From assembly GCA_034226945.1 (NCBI GenBank), contig CP120460.1, positions 930,001 through 994,000 on the forward strand: DNA of 64,000 nt. Reading direction: 5' to 3'. The notes beneath the pieces were generated by a model. The model was given only the letters and a program-made list of their open reading frames with translations. It searched no databases and was not told the origin of the DNA. The stretch comes from Picochlorum sp. SENEW3 (lineage: Eukaryota). Positions 37,023 to 49,074 of the stretch are shown piece after piece. The translations under genes and the position numbers were made by a program. The stretch's first letter is position 1, and each line of letters starts with the position of its first letter.

Positions 37023-37204
37023 GCGGGACAGCAGGTTGCATACTTTTTAGCTGTTCTGGATGATGAAAGCGAACACAATAAATGTATATTCTACAGTTGT
37101 CTAATTACGTAATAAGCTCATGTACATATATATAGGGCTCTCACGTGTGAGATCTCATCAGATCTGAGATCTGAAAGTCGAGACTAGTCCAGGACTACTG
37201 GACA

Positions 37205-39535
37205 ATGGTTAACGTATACAGCCAGATTAAAAGAACAGAGTATTCTATGAGTTTTTATATAGCGATTCTTTGACTCATCCATGAGAAGACTGTAGCACTA
37301 TGTTTATCCACGAGGGTTTTGCTCGCGAGAGCAGTGCTCGAGTCGTTGAGAGCCTCAAGACTGCAAAGCGTGACGTATTCGATGCAGTGGACGTAACGAA
37401 GAATTCTGATAGAGATCCATTGGACAGCATGATGTTGGCTATGGATCAGTGGTCAAGCCTCTTGGCCTGTAGACTTCAGGATGCCAAACCGTCCCTTGGT
37501 CCGGCATCTAGTCATGTAATGTCGATGTCAAGGGCCATGATAGCAGCAGAATTATCTACAAATAGATGCTTTCTAGGTAAGATCACACTTAGGTCCTCTT
37601 GGAAATTCTATGCCTCGTGGCTGTTTGTCTGAGTGGGTCGTTGAAGCTTCTTCGAGGGTACTGGAACATTCCTGTCCAAGTTGGTGGGAATCTCCATCAC
37701 TACTTGCTAATATCTCACACGCAACACTACACATGCAGAAAGCCTTTCGAGGTTGCACGAGCTTACTTTAGAAGAGGTTGGGCAGGGCTCCCTCAGCTCT
37801 TTATCAAGCGTAGTTGATATTTCGTCACGAATTCGAGCCCTTGGGCTGAATAGTTTGCTCAACATGGTATCATATACTGCATTGAGGAAGCATCTGTTTT
37901 TGAAAAGCAAGGAGATTATCCAGGAGCCTGGTCAATCCATCCTGCAAGACGTTCATGCGTACATGAACAATACCCTGGAGAAATATTTTGAGACAACGGT
38001 GCGTATGCAGTGAAAAATCATGACTGTTCTAAAATTCTGACGTGTTAATCTCCAACGGATGAAAACAGGGATTAGGCAGGGATGATTGGGTGAGACAACT
38101 TGGAAGCCCTGTGTTTGAGGTGGTACAAGAGCAGATGATTGACTGCCTGTTCGATCTTGTGACCGAATATCCCGAGAGTTTGCCAGCATTAGGCGATTTG
38201 AAGCAGTGCATTACACGCACCAGGGAATATGGGGTCTTGATTAAGAAGTTCAGCGATGCTATCCAGTCCAGATTGTTACACCCAGGTGCTTGTACTTTGG
38301 ACATTATTAAGCATTATATTTCGACGATCAAAGTTTTGAAGTATATAGAGCCATCTGGATATATTTTGGATGTCATAAGCAAGCCCATTCAGCATTATCT
38401 CCGGTCTAGGAAGGACACAATCAGGAATATTGTCATCCTGCTGACAGATGGGAATGGTGATGATTCCTTTCTGCTATCAGCAGCAGAGGTGGGATCAAGT
38501 CCTTTTTATAAAGATGACGAATCCGCAATCAAAGGAATTAGTAACTGGAATGCGGCTCCGCTTGAGATTGCCCCTAAAAATGCACCACAGCACCAATCCA
38601 TTCAAGATACAATATCATTGCTCACAAATATTTATGGAACAAAGGAATTGTTCTTGTCAGCCTACCGCTCCATGTTGGGTGAGCGGCTAATTCGAAGGAT
38701 TGATTTTGACTGTTCCAGAGAGTTGAAGACTCTTGAGTTGCTCAAGGTGAGATTTGGCGACTCAGCTTTACACAGTGCAGAAATCATGATGAGAGATGTG
38801 CATGATTCAAAGAGGCTGCATACTACCGTACAGCAGGGATTTGAAGACAATGCGTGCGGTATACCAATGGAAGCACTAAAAGTGCTGGTCACTTCGGATC
38901 AGTACTGGCCTTCTTGCAGTGAAAGCAATCTTGATTTTGAATTGCCCAGATCAGTTCAGGACACCTTGAAGGTTTTCGGTGAACGATACCATCATCAAAA
39001 GGCTCCAAGAAAATTAAAGTGGAAAAAGAGTCTGGGAGAAGTGTCATTGAGTTTGAGAGTAGGGGAAGAGGAAGTGCAGTACCATGTTACGCCCATTCAA
39101 GCTAGCATTATTCTCCAATTTGCATCAACTGATTCATTGTCTGTCGACCAGGTATGCAATCACCTGAAGGTCGAAGAGTCTTCTGTGATGCCAAATGTTA
39201 TATTTTGGGTGAACGAGGGAGTGTTGTCCATGGATGAGAAGAAACTTCTGACAAGGAATGAAACAATAACCAGACCTGCTACAACTATTGACATTGAAAA
39301 TAAAGATGGAGCGGACGAGAATGACTCCAGCATGAACTACCTGGAGCCATTTATACTGGGAATGCTCACTAATTTCGATGCATTACCTCTCGAAAGGATC
39401 CACAATATGCTCAAGATGTTTGTCACCGATCCACCATATGACAGGTCCCTGGAGGACTTGAGTAAGTTTATGAACGTGCTGTTACTCCGGGAGAAAATAG
39501 CACTAGACGGCAATAATTTTAAAATATATGAGTAA
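37205..39535 (+). CDS. APC2: Anaphase-promoting complex subunit 2 (start approximate)
   Basis: RLLHPGACTLDII, YLRSRKDTIRNIV, LELLKVRFG, cullin homology and LERIHNMLKMF winged helix. Confidence 0.92.
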
Positions 39536-39561
39536 TACGATTTCTGAATTTTCCGAATCGT

Positions 39562-39789
39562 TCATCCATTTGAATTCAAAATTTTGAAAGTTTTTCGAGG
39601 AAAAACGGTGGGGGGCTGCCTACGGTTCTCCTTCAATATTTTCATCGCTCTGGTGAGCGAGACTTTTTCTATTTTTCCTTGCATCTGTAGTTTCGCCCTC
39701 CGCGTTGAAGGACAAGCATCGCATACCGCTTCTCCCGCACGTCTCTTCGCCCGTTTAACCTTCTTCCTCCTAGCACTCCTGCTCACCAT
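39562..39789 (-). CDS. Small basic hypothetical protein
   Basis: MVSRSARRKKVKRAKRR..CDAC.. ORF filling the gap between APC2 and the kinase. Confidence 0.4.
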   Translation of the reverse strand: MVSRSARRKKVKRAKRRAGEAVCDACPSTRRAKLQMQGKIEKVSLTRAMKILKENRRQPPTVFPRKTFKILNSNG

Positions 39790-39831
39790 TGTGCGCAATA
39801 GGATACCGTATACACATATTCAGAGATAAAT

Positions 39832-40422
39832 ATGGTTCTTATAGTGTTAATGAAAGGTTATCCTGGATCTGGAAAGAGTCATCTTGCCAATGCACTCGCG
39901 AAAGAGCTGAGAAGTGCCGTTGTTGACAAGGATGATGCAAGGAATGCGCTCCAGTCCCTGTCAGACATCGTATCAGGTTCGATACTGAACGATATCAGCT
40001 ACGACATCATGGTCAACTGTGTCAAAAGATTAGCATCTTTGGGCATGAACGTCATTGTCGACAGTCCTCTTTCAAAACAATCATTGTACTGTCGAATGAA
40101 GGCCATCGCAGAGGAAAGCAATGGTTTCATTGTACTTGTGGAGTGCAAGTCATCAAATATTGACTTATGGGCTGAAAGACTGCGTGTTCGGAGCCGAGAA
40201 GCCACAAAAGAAACTTGTCACAAACCAGCAAGTATGGAAGACATCGAGGAGCTGGTGCACAAGTACCAGGGCAAGGAACAGTGGCATCTGCAAGAGGAAG
40301 GTTTGGAGTTTCTCTCGGTGGATACAACGACTCTGTCCCCTCATGAACAGGTCAATGTAGTAAAACAATATGTATTAAATGTATCGGACGTCGCAGAGAA
40401 GATTGAAAAATGTGTATTGTGA
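39832..40422 (+). CDS. P-loop kinase (AAA_33-like)
   Basis: MKGYPGSGKS Walker A; VVDKDD; VIVDSP. Confidence 0.85.
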   Translation: MVLIVLMKGYPGSGKSHLANALAKELRSAVVDKDDARNALQSLSDIVSGSILNDISYDIMVNCVKRLASLGMNVIVDSPLSKQSLYCRMKAIAEESNGFIVLVECKSSNIDLWAERLRVRSREATKETCHKPASMEDIEELVHKYQGKEQWHLQEEGLEFLSVDTTTLSPHEQVNVVKQYVLNVSDVAEKIEKCVL

Positions 40423-41124
40423 AAATAGGATGAAGAATCGTCGGTACCAAGTCCACTGAGTCTGGTGGCAAGACATGGCCTGCCATGCTCTCCTGAGATC
40501 AAAGCTATGGAATAAGCATGATCCATTTGCCCTATACAGCATTTTGATGAAAGCATAAGATAATATACCGGAGTACTTCGTGACGATATTCGAACTTTTC
40601 AAGATATATGACGACATTCCTTGCAAATCTTTCAGCTGACAGCATGTCCTATACGCTAATAACACTCCTGCTGCAGTCCCACTATGATTCAGATGCCCCG
40701 AAACTCCATATTTGTCGAACGATAGCACAATATCTGGTCTTATATCCCGCATACATTGGACTACATATTGTTTTACTCGCTCCTGCTCCCATACATTCCC
40801 CATTCCGTCACGTAGACCATCATCCTCTATGATCTGAACATGCCTCCTAGGTATCCCCAAGACACTGCAACTCATGTACAACTCGCATTTTCTACGCTGC
40901 CCTAGACCGTGACAATCTCCTGCATGAATGGAGCAAGTCATGTCAGCTTTCTTCTTCATTCCTACGTAAGTATACTTGCGTACGGAATGCAAACGGCCCT
41001 GTTGCTTACCTGAACTTAAACACAGAACGTGTACCTCTCCACCCCGCTTTTGTAACCTTGATAGGCTAGGACAGAAAAACATACACTCATCATCGGGATG
41101 AGCTATGACTAATAAAACCTTCAT
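40375..41124 (-). CDS. PIGL: GlcNAc-PI de-N-acetylase
   Basis: AHPDDECMFF, FDKYGVSGHLNH and AMSCHQTQWTWYRRFFILFSQY; in-frame intron. Confidence 0.93.
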   Translation of the reverse strand: MKVLLVIAHPDDECMFFCPSLSRLQKRGGEVHVLCLSSGKQQGRLHSVRKYTYVGMKKKADMTCSIHAGDCHGLGQRRKCELYMSCSVLGIPRRHVQIIEDDGLRDGMGNVWEQERVKQYVVQCMRDIRPDIVLSFDKYGVSGHLNHSGTAAGVLLAYRTCCQLKDLQGMSSYILKSSNIVTKYSGILSYAFIKMLYRANGSCLFHSFDLRRAWQAMSCHQTQWTWYRRFFILFSQYTFFNLLCDVRYI

Positions 41125-41449
41125 CGTTCCTTTTTGAACTCGTCTGTTACGTCCATTGATCAGTCAGCGGGATGAATGGTGCAGCTCCAGCGCTTCTGCC
41201 ACAGAAGAACTACATGGAAATGATAATGAATGAATGAAGTGCGGAAAGAATGAATTCGATATGGATTATTACTTGGATGGTTCTTTAATTAGATATCCAT
41301 TTGGAGTTCATGAATACGAGAAGATCCTCAACTGAACCAAATTATGTTAAAATGATGTATTCATACTGTAACATTTACTGATCTTGTCATTCTGACAAGC
41401 CTGAGAAAACGGCTGGTCGCTCATGCGGTGTTGATTAGTTTATGGTACG

Positions 41450-44400
41450 ATGGATGCAAAGGAAGATATCAGAACCCTCAAGGTTGCAGAGCTCCGAGAT
41501 AGATTACAAAAATTAGGATTGCCTAGCAAAGGGAAAAAGGAAATACTCGTAGCCAGACTGGCCGAAGCGTTGCAATCGGAGGTTGAAGTGGTATGTCCGA
41601 GTCTGAAAAGATGCATCGTTTATATTGATCATGACTTACGCAGAAAATTATCATGCAGAATGGTTTGAAAAAGAAGCGAGTAGCTGATGATATAACAGAG
41701 CCTGCAGTTGGAAAAGAGACACGGAAGAGGAGCAAGGTCAGTCCAGTCACAGGGAGCGAAAATGTAGGGAGGAAGGACGAGAAGCCATGGTCTCGCCTGC
41801 AAACCGTAGAAAACATATACAAAGAGATGCTGGGAGATGGCAAAGTCTATCCGTCTGTGAAGACTATTCAGAATTTGGAGTTCCATGGACTGCTTGAGGA
41901 CGTTCTACTCCCCTATTTTGATCAAGGGTTAGAAAAGTCATCTTTTCTGATGTCGATGATGCTAATGTTAAACGAGAAGTTTGATCAGGCCCTTCCCACT
42001 GCATGGGAGCCGGTGACAAGCCATGCAGAAGGAATGTTTGAGCAATTCTTCAAACAAGTTTTGTGCTTTCTGTACGAAGGGCGCTTCAGTATTGTTGAAG
42101 CAACATTTGCGATGAAATTTCTTTCCAATGCCATTCAATCTTTGGAGAATACAATTGTGCGGCCCTGCGTGATGAAAATATGCAGTTTGGCGATGTGGTC
42201 TCAACTCCCAGAAGAAAGGAGGCAACTTGAACTTCAGACCAGACCAGAATTGGCAAAAAAGTGGAGACATCTACTGAAAAAAGAAAGCAAAATAAAGAAA
42301 CAACATTCAGGAGCATCTGTCTTCGATTCAATAGAAGCCAAATTCCTGCCATGGCTTGTAGATGATGTGATTGAGTCATTCAAGAGGTCTGAAAGTGAGG
42401 CATGTACCCACTCTTTGAGCTACATGAAAGCAGCGTTAGTATTCTTAAAGGATATCATATCTCAACTGCCCACTAGAAGATTTTTTGCCACCTATTTAGT
42501 TCGCTGCAATTTTAGGGCCAAGTTGCAGTGTTGCAAAGCTATGCTCAGAACTAATGAGGCTGAATGCTTGCATGCATACATATCATCTCTGTTTGATTCC
42601 CTGGATGCTGCTGTAGACAATCTGACTGGAGAGGTAATATCGTATGAGCAAGCAATGAGGTCTTTCTATGGGTACACACAAAAGATTGAAAGATTGTTTT
42701 TCACCTTTTGGGAGGACTTGAAAGAGACCTCATTTTCTTCCGCCAAGGATCTCTGTTCTACAGATAAAATGAAGAAGTATCTGGCAAAGATGAGTGATGA
42801 TGATATTAAGAAGCTGGTTTGTGACCAATTGAAACTCGCCAGGACTCAAGACTACGAATTATTCGGCAGAAACTTGTTGGAGACCATATTCGAGGAGGAA
42901 CTGAAGTTGCCTTCCGCAGGGAGGCGGGCAGTGGAAAACTTACCCATCTACCCGGACGAGAAACTTATCATCGATCAATCGTTGATCCCTAACGTTAATG
43001 AAGCAACACACTCTGTATATCCATTGCCCAAAATTAACTTACAGTTTCTTTCTTTGCCAGATTATCTCGAGCGAAATTTCACACTGTATTTAACTGAAAC
43101 CGGCTATGATGTATGTCAGAATTTGATTGATGTTATCAAGAGGCTGTCACCTTATACCAACGATGCCGGAAAGCCCAGTTTTTCTGGATGGTCCAAAATG
43201 AGTCAAGAAGTAGAGGGATTCAGCATGGCTGAGGTTAGGCCATCTAATGTTGGCTGGGATTTCCCTGCCCTTGTTAGGGCAGAATTCTCCATCACAACAA
43301 GGGCAATGCCTGAGAGATTAAAGAGGGAATGGGACCAATTGAAGCAGCACGATATTCTGTTCTTAGTGAGCTTCAAGCATAATCTACCGAGTGTTGAAGA
43401 ATCAGTAGATGACATGAGATATCTCCAGTCTTGTGTGAGGGCAATTCGTGGATGTGAGATTCACGAAGTTAGAGATGAAGGTGAGTTTCGCGTCAGAATA
43501 GAACACAATTGACAACTGAAATCTAATATCGGAATATTTTGCAGAGGGCAACTTAATGAACTGCTTCACAGAAGAAGGAGAATGGGTTGGAGAAGGAAAG
43601 GGCTTCAAGCGGACTTTCACAGTTGAATTTGATCCTGTCCAGTATCACAACGATGCGATTAATGGAAATCTTGCGATTTATCCTTTTTTTGACATCGTGA
43701 TACGAAGAGATGTGAGAGAAAACAATTTCAAATCGGTTTTGAACAGCATTCGTGATGCTCTCGTAAGTGAAAGTATTGCAGGGGACACTTTGCCTCCCTG
43801 GTTGTCCGACACTTTACTGGGTTACGGTAACCCAGAGGACTCCACATTTCTATCAATGAGTGATCGATGCATTCACACAATCGATTATCAAGATACATTT
43901 TTGAGCAAAGAGCATGTCATCGAGTCATTTCCAGACCATTCCATCGAATTCAGAGGCGAACAACCTCCTTTCAAAGTGACATTCTGCACAGGAGAAAGCC
44001 TCAAGTTGGCATGTGGGATGAGGGAAAAAACAGAGCAGCACAAAATGATCGTGGAATCAACCTTTTCAAAGCGAAAGGAAAGCTATGCAATGGGAGGGGC
44101 AGGAAATGCTGTGCGTTTCACGCCCACCCAGGTCCAAGCAATATCGAGGGCATTGCAGCCCGGTTTGAGTTTGATAGTTGGCCCACCTGGGTCTGGGAAA
44201 ACCGATGTCGCCGTACAGATACTGCACGGGTTATATCACAATAACAGTAAAGAAAGAACCCTGATTATTACACATTCGAATCAGGCCCTGAATGATATTT
44301 TCCAGAAACTGTCACTAAAAGATATTAGCATTGGTGAAATGCTCCGGCTTGGATACGGAGAGAACTTATTGGAAACTGAGGAAGAGTTTGACAAGTCGGG

Positions 44401-45826
44401 GAGGGTGAATGCAATGCTGAGGAGACGAGTAGAGCTGTTGATGGATATCCATGCCTTGGCAGAGTCTCTTGAAGTCCAGAGCATCGGGGAATTCACATGC
44501 GAAACTAGTGCGAGTTTCTGGAAAATGCATCTGTTACCTAGATGGGAAAAATATCTTTCTCGCGTCAAATCATCTACAGACGCCGAGACTATAGTTTCTG
44601 AATTTCCCTTTCTGAAGTACACAACCCGGAAGAATGTCATGATCGATCATGAGGATTCCATGAACTCTGTTATGGCTGCATTCGGAGTCATTTCAAGTAT
44701 CTTTGACGAGTTGGAAGGTTTGAGACCCTTCGAGGTTTTAACTTCACAGAAGAATAGAATTAATTATATGTTGACAAAGCAGGCCAAGGTAATTGCCATG
44801 ACTTGTACACATGCAGCAATCAAAAGGCAAGAATTTCTGGACTTGGGATTTTCCTTTGACAATATTTTGATGGAAGAAGCTGCACAAATTCTTGACATTG
44901 AATCAATTCTTCCACTAACAATGCAGCAAAACCGAGAAGATAATTGTCGGCTAAAGCGGCTAATCTTGATTGGTGACCACTACCAGCTTCCTCCAGTGGT
45001 AAAAAACCCTTTGCTGAAGAATTACTGCAGGTTTGAGCAGTCTCTTTTTACAAGATTGATTCGACTGAACACTCCTTATATCCAACTCAATATGCAAGGT
45101 AGATGTCGACCCAGTTTGGCCAGTCTATTTAATTGGAGGTACAGAGAACTGGAAAATCTGCCTCAAACATCAATGGGGAAATTTGCCAATGCAAATCCAG
45201 GGTTTGCATTTGTTTGCCAGTTTGTGAACGTTGAGGATTTCCTTGGGAAGGGTGAAAGTCAACCAATGCCATATTTTTATCAAAATTTAGGGGAAGCTGA
45301 ATACATAGTTCTTCTATACCAGTACATGAGGCTGTTAGGTTACGAAGCAAAGAAGATATCCATTTTGACGACATATAACGGGCAGTGTCAACTACTGAGT
45401 GATATCCTCCATCAGAAATGCGCTGGACATCCATTATTTGGGATGCCGGGCAGTGTTTCTACTGTTGACAAATACCAGGGCCAGCAAAACGACTTTGTTC
45501 TTTTGTCGTTAGTCCGAACAAGGCATGTGGGCCATTTGAGGGATGTGAGGAGGCTGGTGGTTGCTCTCTCAAGAGCTCGATTAGGGCTTTATGTTTTTGG
45601 TAGACTAAACTTATTTCAACAATGCCAAGAACTCAAGCCAGTGTTCGACCAGCTACGAGAAAAACCCAGTCATCTAGCATTAGTTGAAGGGGAGCATAGT
45701 GAAATGGAAATGACTAGATCAGTCTACGAAGTGCCCCTCAAGAACCTCCACGTTCAAGATATATCACACATGGCGAGTATTGTTAAAAATATGGAAGCAG
45801 AGTGGAAGAGACAAAATGCAATGTAA
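41450..45826 (+). CDS. AQR: Intron-binding RNA helicase Aquarius with N-terminal SAP domain
   Basis: LPKINLQFLS, RENNFKSVL, VGPPGSGKTD, MEEAAQI and TVDKYQGQQ; introns after 41590 and at ~43481-43544. Confidence 0.95.
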
Positions 45827-45834
45827 ACCGCAAA

Positions 45835-47899
45835 TCATGACAGATTAGACAAATCATCAATAAATGACCGAGGATTTAGCATTGATGTTCCTCCAATGAA
45901 AATGTCCTTGTCCAACTTTGAACTCAAATGATGTACTACTCTAAGCTCACTATAGGTAAACCCTCCAAGGATATAGATAAATAACCTTCCCTGCCCTGAT
46001 GCGACCTTCCTTCCTGAGTTCTGTCTACCTTTTTCATCTGAGTGATCGGACCTTGTGTTCTGGTTATTGCTTGAGTTATTTGTGGCCTTGCCAACCCAGG
46101 TGCTATTCGATCGCAATGTCCTAAAAGACGTCACAGCTCCTTTACACTCTTTAACTTGACTGCCATCACGAGAACTCGTTGTATCGCTGAAGGATATGTT
46201 GGATACTGAAGGACTTCTGGGAGCCTGTACAAAAGGATACTGCTCCTCAGACATCCTTCCAGAAATCAATTCCTCCAATTTTTCAGCCAGAAGAGGGACG
46301 AATCTTGCCAATGTATAGTCCTGATTGTTAATTCCAAACACATTTCTGTCTCGACGTGTTACCTTCTTTTTCTTCCTGCCAAATGATATCCCAGACAATG
46401 CCCCTTTGTTCCTTTTGCAGACAGGAAGGCCCAGGTATTCCAAATTTGTGATACATTTCATGTCTTTTTCTTGTAATCTAGCCAATTTTCTCCATTGAGC
46501 TTCTCTGACCTCATCTAACTTTTCCAAATGGGTTGCTGAGTAACACAAAAGTAATCGGAGTTTGTCAAATCTATCCAGCAATTGATTTGAAGAGAGAAAT
46601 GAAATGAGCTCCTTTGATGTTGCATCGCCGCAAACTATTTCTTGTTCCAATGTGCCAAATTCTGCAAGTCTTCCAGCATCTATATCTTTATTCAAGCGAC
46701 TTGCAATCTCAACATGCGTATTCAGAGTACGTAAATCATCCTGATACTTTGGCAGTTTTTGCACCAATTTTGCCATGCTCCTCAGATCCATATTCCTCAC
46801 TGACATTGACGACATTTTGCCACCCCTCATCAATTCATCTAGATAGTTGGTGATACGCGTCGATGCGTCAGCAAAATGCTTGTGGCGCAACTCCATGTAC
46901 AAACTATCCCGTTCATCAAGCACATGCTCTTTTTCCTCTGACACTCCAGCTTCTGATACAACTTCACATCGGAAAACTCTTCCTTGAGTGAGAGTCCCAT
47001 TGCTCTCCAGCACATCCTGTATCATGGATTCATAAGTCCACTCGTGGATGATTGGAGCTACTGCATCAAATCCTCGGTCAAGTATGATCAACTCACAGGT
47101 TTCACACTCGGGAACGTGACTCAATTGCTGAAAATGATTCAAATGGTTTGACAGTTCTATGGCAACTCGCTGGGTCGCCAATAACCTGGAGTCTAAACCG
47201 TGGGGAAACTCGTCCCCCTGAGGAACTACCGCTCTGTATCTAATGGAAGGCATCTCCTTCATCGTCACAAAGAGCGATGCAAGCCTCTGAGAGATAATCG
47301 ATAGAGCATCATCATACCTTGGCTGCACCATTTCCGCCCCAGCCCCCAAAAGTGTTACGAGTGCATCCTCAGGGCCTGTGAGAAATCCTCTACTATCAGG
47401 ATACAACACATACTCAACATTCGCCTCCTTCAGCGTACAAAGTCGACTTAGCAATTGACTAGATCTCTTGATCCGCTCAATGTGCTGTGGGGAGGGAGCG
47501 GTCGAGAAGAAAATATGCACCTTCTGAAAGCAAGAGCGTTTTGAGTTCATAGATACAATAGCGTTCACATTCTCGTCCGTTGGGGTCACAAAGTACACTC
47601 CAATCCCCTGACCTGAATATCGTCCTTGGCTGTTTCCTTGCATGAGATTCTCAACCACTGCAAGCACAAATAGAAAAAGTTACTTCCGAGTGAACCTACG
47701 TTTTGACCGCAACAGACGCACGTGATACACCGTAATCCAGCAGATCAGATATCCCGCAGATATTAGACATTATCCGTGTTGTAAATTTATCCAGGAGCAG
47801 TACAGCCCATTCCCCATCCTCCTTAACGCTCCCAAGCATCACGTCCAGGACGTGCATTTTGGTGACCGCACTCAAGGTCGTTTCCGTGTCGGAATTCAT
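45835..47899 (-). CDS. SEC1: Sec1/Munc18 family protein (KEULE/SEC1-like)
   Basis: WAVLLLD..ISDLLDYGVS, LIILDRGFDAVAPIIHEWTY, LRHKHFA and IYILGGFTYSELR. Confidence 0.93.
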
Positions 47900-48186
47900 A
47901 CGGATGACCATTCTGGATCCAGTATTTTGGAAGTAAGCATACCTCTGTCTGCCAGAATTTACATATGCCCCATCGTATGAGTATGGCCAAGTACCATTGG
48001 CCACCCCACGGCCAGGCCCTGGCCTGAGGCCTGGGCACACTTGAGTGGCCATGGCCACTGCCATCAGGCTTGACCCCGCCCTGGATCTAGCAAATTGCTA
48101 TAGAGTGCCCACTCATTGGTAATGTCCTCGACAGTATTTGAGTAAGAGATAACACTCACGACTATCTTCGTAGGACTCATATCAAT

Positions 48187-49035
48187 GTGACAAAAAACAT
48201 GTTTGCAAGGTTGAATTCTGCTGCACCACGCCTGGCGGTCTACCACAAAGTACTCAAACGGCCTCATCAGTATTCACGTGTAGCACGTACATTTTCACAG
48301 AAAAAGAATAATGTAGTTGAATTGATCGAGGACAACGGGAATGTGATTGGTAGTGTTGGTTTATTCGGCCTCTGGGGGGCCTTGTTGGGATACGCAGTTT
48401 TCCTGTCGCCGAACCAGACTCCCGCCTTAGATCAATACTTTTTGAGAAAGTTTCTGAATCTGGAGGACGATGGAGTTTCAATTAATACAGTGTTTACATC
48501 TCTCTTTTATGTGATGGGTTTATGGCCTTTGATTTACACATCCCTGTTGATACCTGCTGGAATGAGGAAAGGTTTGCCAGTCTTTCCATTCGTGGCCCTG
48601 TCCTATGCTATAGGCGCATTCGGGTTGCTGCCCTGGATGGCGCTGTGGGGCCCCTCAACCAGTGATGACGGAGGACCTCCAAACATGCCTCCAGGTGGCC
48701 AAGATGTGGAGGGATTTAAAAACTCAATCACGAGAGGAATGGAAAGTCCCATTACAGCATGGGGGATCTTGGGGGGAACATTGTACTGTCTTTGGAGTGC
48801 AGCAGTGGCTGGAAGCGGCCAATGGAACGATTATTTGCAACTATTCTCAGTGAGTAGGTTTGTGCATGTGACAAGCATAGATTTTACTACCCTCTGCCTC
48901 TTGGCACCATTTTGGATGGAGAACGATGCCAAATTGCGGAGATGGGAGGGTAAGGATACACTTCTTCCCATCCTGGCCTGTTTCCCAGTGCTTGGCCCTG
49001 CTCTATACCTAGTACTGCGACCCAGATCGATCTGA
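48187..49035 (+). CDS. Multi-pass membrane protein, likely plastid-targeted (DUF2834-like)
   Basis: Transit-like N-terminus; SLFYVMGLWP, GAFGLLPWM, SRFVHVTSIDF and PVLGPALYLVLRP. Confidence 0.7.
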   Translation: MTKNMFARLNSAAPRLAVYHKVLKRPHQYSRVARTFSQKKNNVVELIEDNGNVIGSVGLFGLWGALLGYAVFLSPNQTPALDQYFLRKFLNLEDDGVSINTVFTSLFYVMGLWPLIYTSLLIPAGMRKGLPVFPFVALSYAIGAFGLLPWMALWGPSTSDDGGPPNMPPGGQDVEGFKNSITRGMESPITAWGILGGTLYCLWSAAVAGSGQWNDYLQLFSVSRFVHVTSIDFTTLCLLAPFWMENDAKLRRWEGKDTLLPILACFPVLGPALYLVLRPRSI

Positions 49036-49074
49036 AGATATCTTCAGAATCATGAATGGTATCATTTACATGTA

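Noticed and set aside
41220..41405. C/D snoRNA (ATGATGTA..CTGA)
   Set aside because: Imperfect C box, no terminal stem and no recognisable rRNA guide; likely a promoter region.
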